NCBI RefSeq assembly: GCF_016432865.1
Contig: NC_067402.1
Coordinates: forward strand, 135,408,001-135,472,000
Source: Antechinus flavipes
Taxonomy: Eukaryota
Length of the DNA: 64,000 bases
Direction: 5' to 3'
Part shown: piece by piece, positions 62,668 to 64,000 of the stretch
Numbering within the stretch: the stretch's first letter is position 1
Layout of the letters: every line of letters starts with the position of its first letter
Program-made: the position numbers and the translations under genes
The notes under the pieces: model-generated
Told to the model about the DNA's origin: nothing
Databases searched by the model: none
The model's input: the letters and a program-made list of their open reading frames with translations, nothing else

Positions 62668-63435
62668 TTTCTTTCTTTCTTTTTTTTAAATAACTTTTTA
62701 TTGAGAGAACCCATGCCAGGGTAATTTTTTAAAACATTATCCCTTGCACTCACTTCTGTTCTGATTTTTCCCCTCCCTCCCTCCACCCCCTCCCCGAGAT
62801 GGCAAGCAGTCCTTTACATGTTAAATAGGTTACAGTATATCCTAGATACAATATATGTGTGCAGAACCGAACAGTTCTCTTGTTGCACAGGGAGAATTGG
62901 ATTCAGAAGGTATAAATAACCCGGGAAGAAAAATATAAATGCAAGCAGTTTATATTTATTTCCCAGTGTTCTTTCTTTGGGTGTAGCTGCTTCTGTCCAT
63001 CTTTGATCAATTGAAACTGAATTAGATCTCTTTATCGAAGAGATCCACTTCCATCAGAATGCATCCTCATACAGTATCGTTGTTGAGGTATATAATGATC
63101 TCCTGGTTCTGCTCATTTCACTCAGCAAAAGTTCATGTAAGTCTCACCAGTCCTCTCTGTATTCATCCTGCTGGTCATTCCTTACAGAACAATAATATTC
63201 CATAACGTTCATATACTACAATTTACTCAACCATTCTCCAATTGATGGGCATCCTTTCATTTTCCAGCTTCTAGCCACTACAAACAGGGCTGCCACAAAC
63301 ATTTTGGCACATACAGGTCCCTTTCCCTTCTTTAGTATCTCTTTGGGGTATAAGCCCAATAGAAACACTGCTGGATCAAAGGGTATGCAAAGTTTGATAA
63401 CTTTTTGAGCATAGTTCCAAATTGCTCTCCAGAAT
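62668..63435 (-). mobile_element. Young 5'-truncated L1 with 15-bp TSD (1 mismatch)
   Basis: AGGAGTCTACATTTC 62653-62667 versus AGGAGCCTACATTTC 63436-63450; (TTTC)n tail; ORF2 peptide WNYAQKVIKLCIPFDPAVFLLGLYPKEILKKGKGPVCAKMFVAALFVVARSWK. Confidence 0.97.
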
Positions 63436-64000
63436 AGGAGCCTACATTTCAAAGGAAAAGACAATATGTGCATAAATAGACATATCCATAACAGATAAAA
63501 AAGATAAAAAGGTAAATTTGGAGTGGAATGTACTAGAAGCTGATAGCAAATTCTGGATATTTTAAAAATCTTGTAATAGGCTTGTATTTCGAACTTTTTT
63601 TTCTTGAAGTATTTCAGAGTTGGAATTATGTATTGCATTGAAATGGATACTTAGAATAATCATTTGTACATTAGCTAGCATAGAACTATTTGTTTTTAGA
63701 TTATTTGAGCAAAAGGATATAAAATGTTTTTGTGTTTATAGGTATTTGTTTTTTGTTGTGGGGCTTATATTAACAATTAATATTGACTTCTAATCATTAT
63801 CTAATATCAAAACATTTGGTTGATACGGAATTGAATAGTCAGAAACTATTTCATGAAAGATCAAGATGTTTTCATGTAATATTTAAAAGGTTGAGCCATA
63901 TAAAGAATTTTAAAATTTGAAATACACAAGAGTTCTTGTCATCTAAGTTGTGCTGAAGAGTTGACAGTTTCCATTGGGAATCTTCTCTGATACCCTAGAA

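Larger units (their letters stand above)
1..64000 (+). other. Probable intronic DNA of a large plus-strand gene in a marsupial genome (host not identified)
   Basis: No recognisable CDS. Marsupial SINE/LINE content. Eight L1 pieces on minus versus one nested locus on plus. Strong polypyrimidine-AG acceptors on plus (e.g. 59858, 60333). Confidence 0.5.

Noticed and set aside
63216-63638. 140-aa minus ORF (longest in the track)
   Set aside because: A chimera of flanking unique DNA and the truncated L1 ORF2; not a gene.

Overview
AT-rich, CpG-poor vertebrate DNA whose repeat content is typical of a marsupial: CORE-SINEs (Mar1-like, WSINE1-like, MIR), marsupial-type L1 3' ends, L2, L3/CR1, hAT MITEs and ERV LTRs. 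A dasyurid such as the Tasmanian devil is plausible but is my inference. There are three assembly gaps. I recognise no protein-coding gene. The ORF track consists of L1 ORF2 remnants, low-complexity read-throughs and chance ORFs. L1 orientation is strongly biased to the minus strand and the best splice acceptors are on plus, so the window is most likely the interior of a large intron (or introns) of a plus-strand gene I cannot name. The best-supported unusual structure is an ERV remnant at 44143-45049. It has a 6-bp TSD, a 42-bp 5'-LTR stub fused to the polypurine tract and a full 3' LTR, and a triplicated ~79-bp unit between its TATA box and polyA signal. Other notable items are two young TSD-flanked L1 copies (~95% identical by hand count), an apparent internal inversion in a fossil L1 ORF1, several nested insertions, local duplications, an X-box/octamer block, and candidate small exons near 59.9-60.4 kb. 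I found no convincing evidence of a new biological system. Repeat family names come from recalled consensus sequences, and old-repeat boundaries are approximate (tens of bp).
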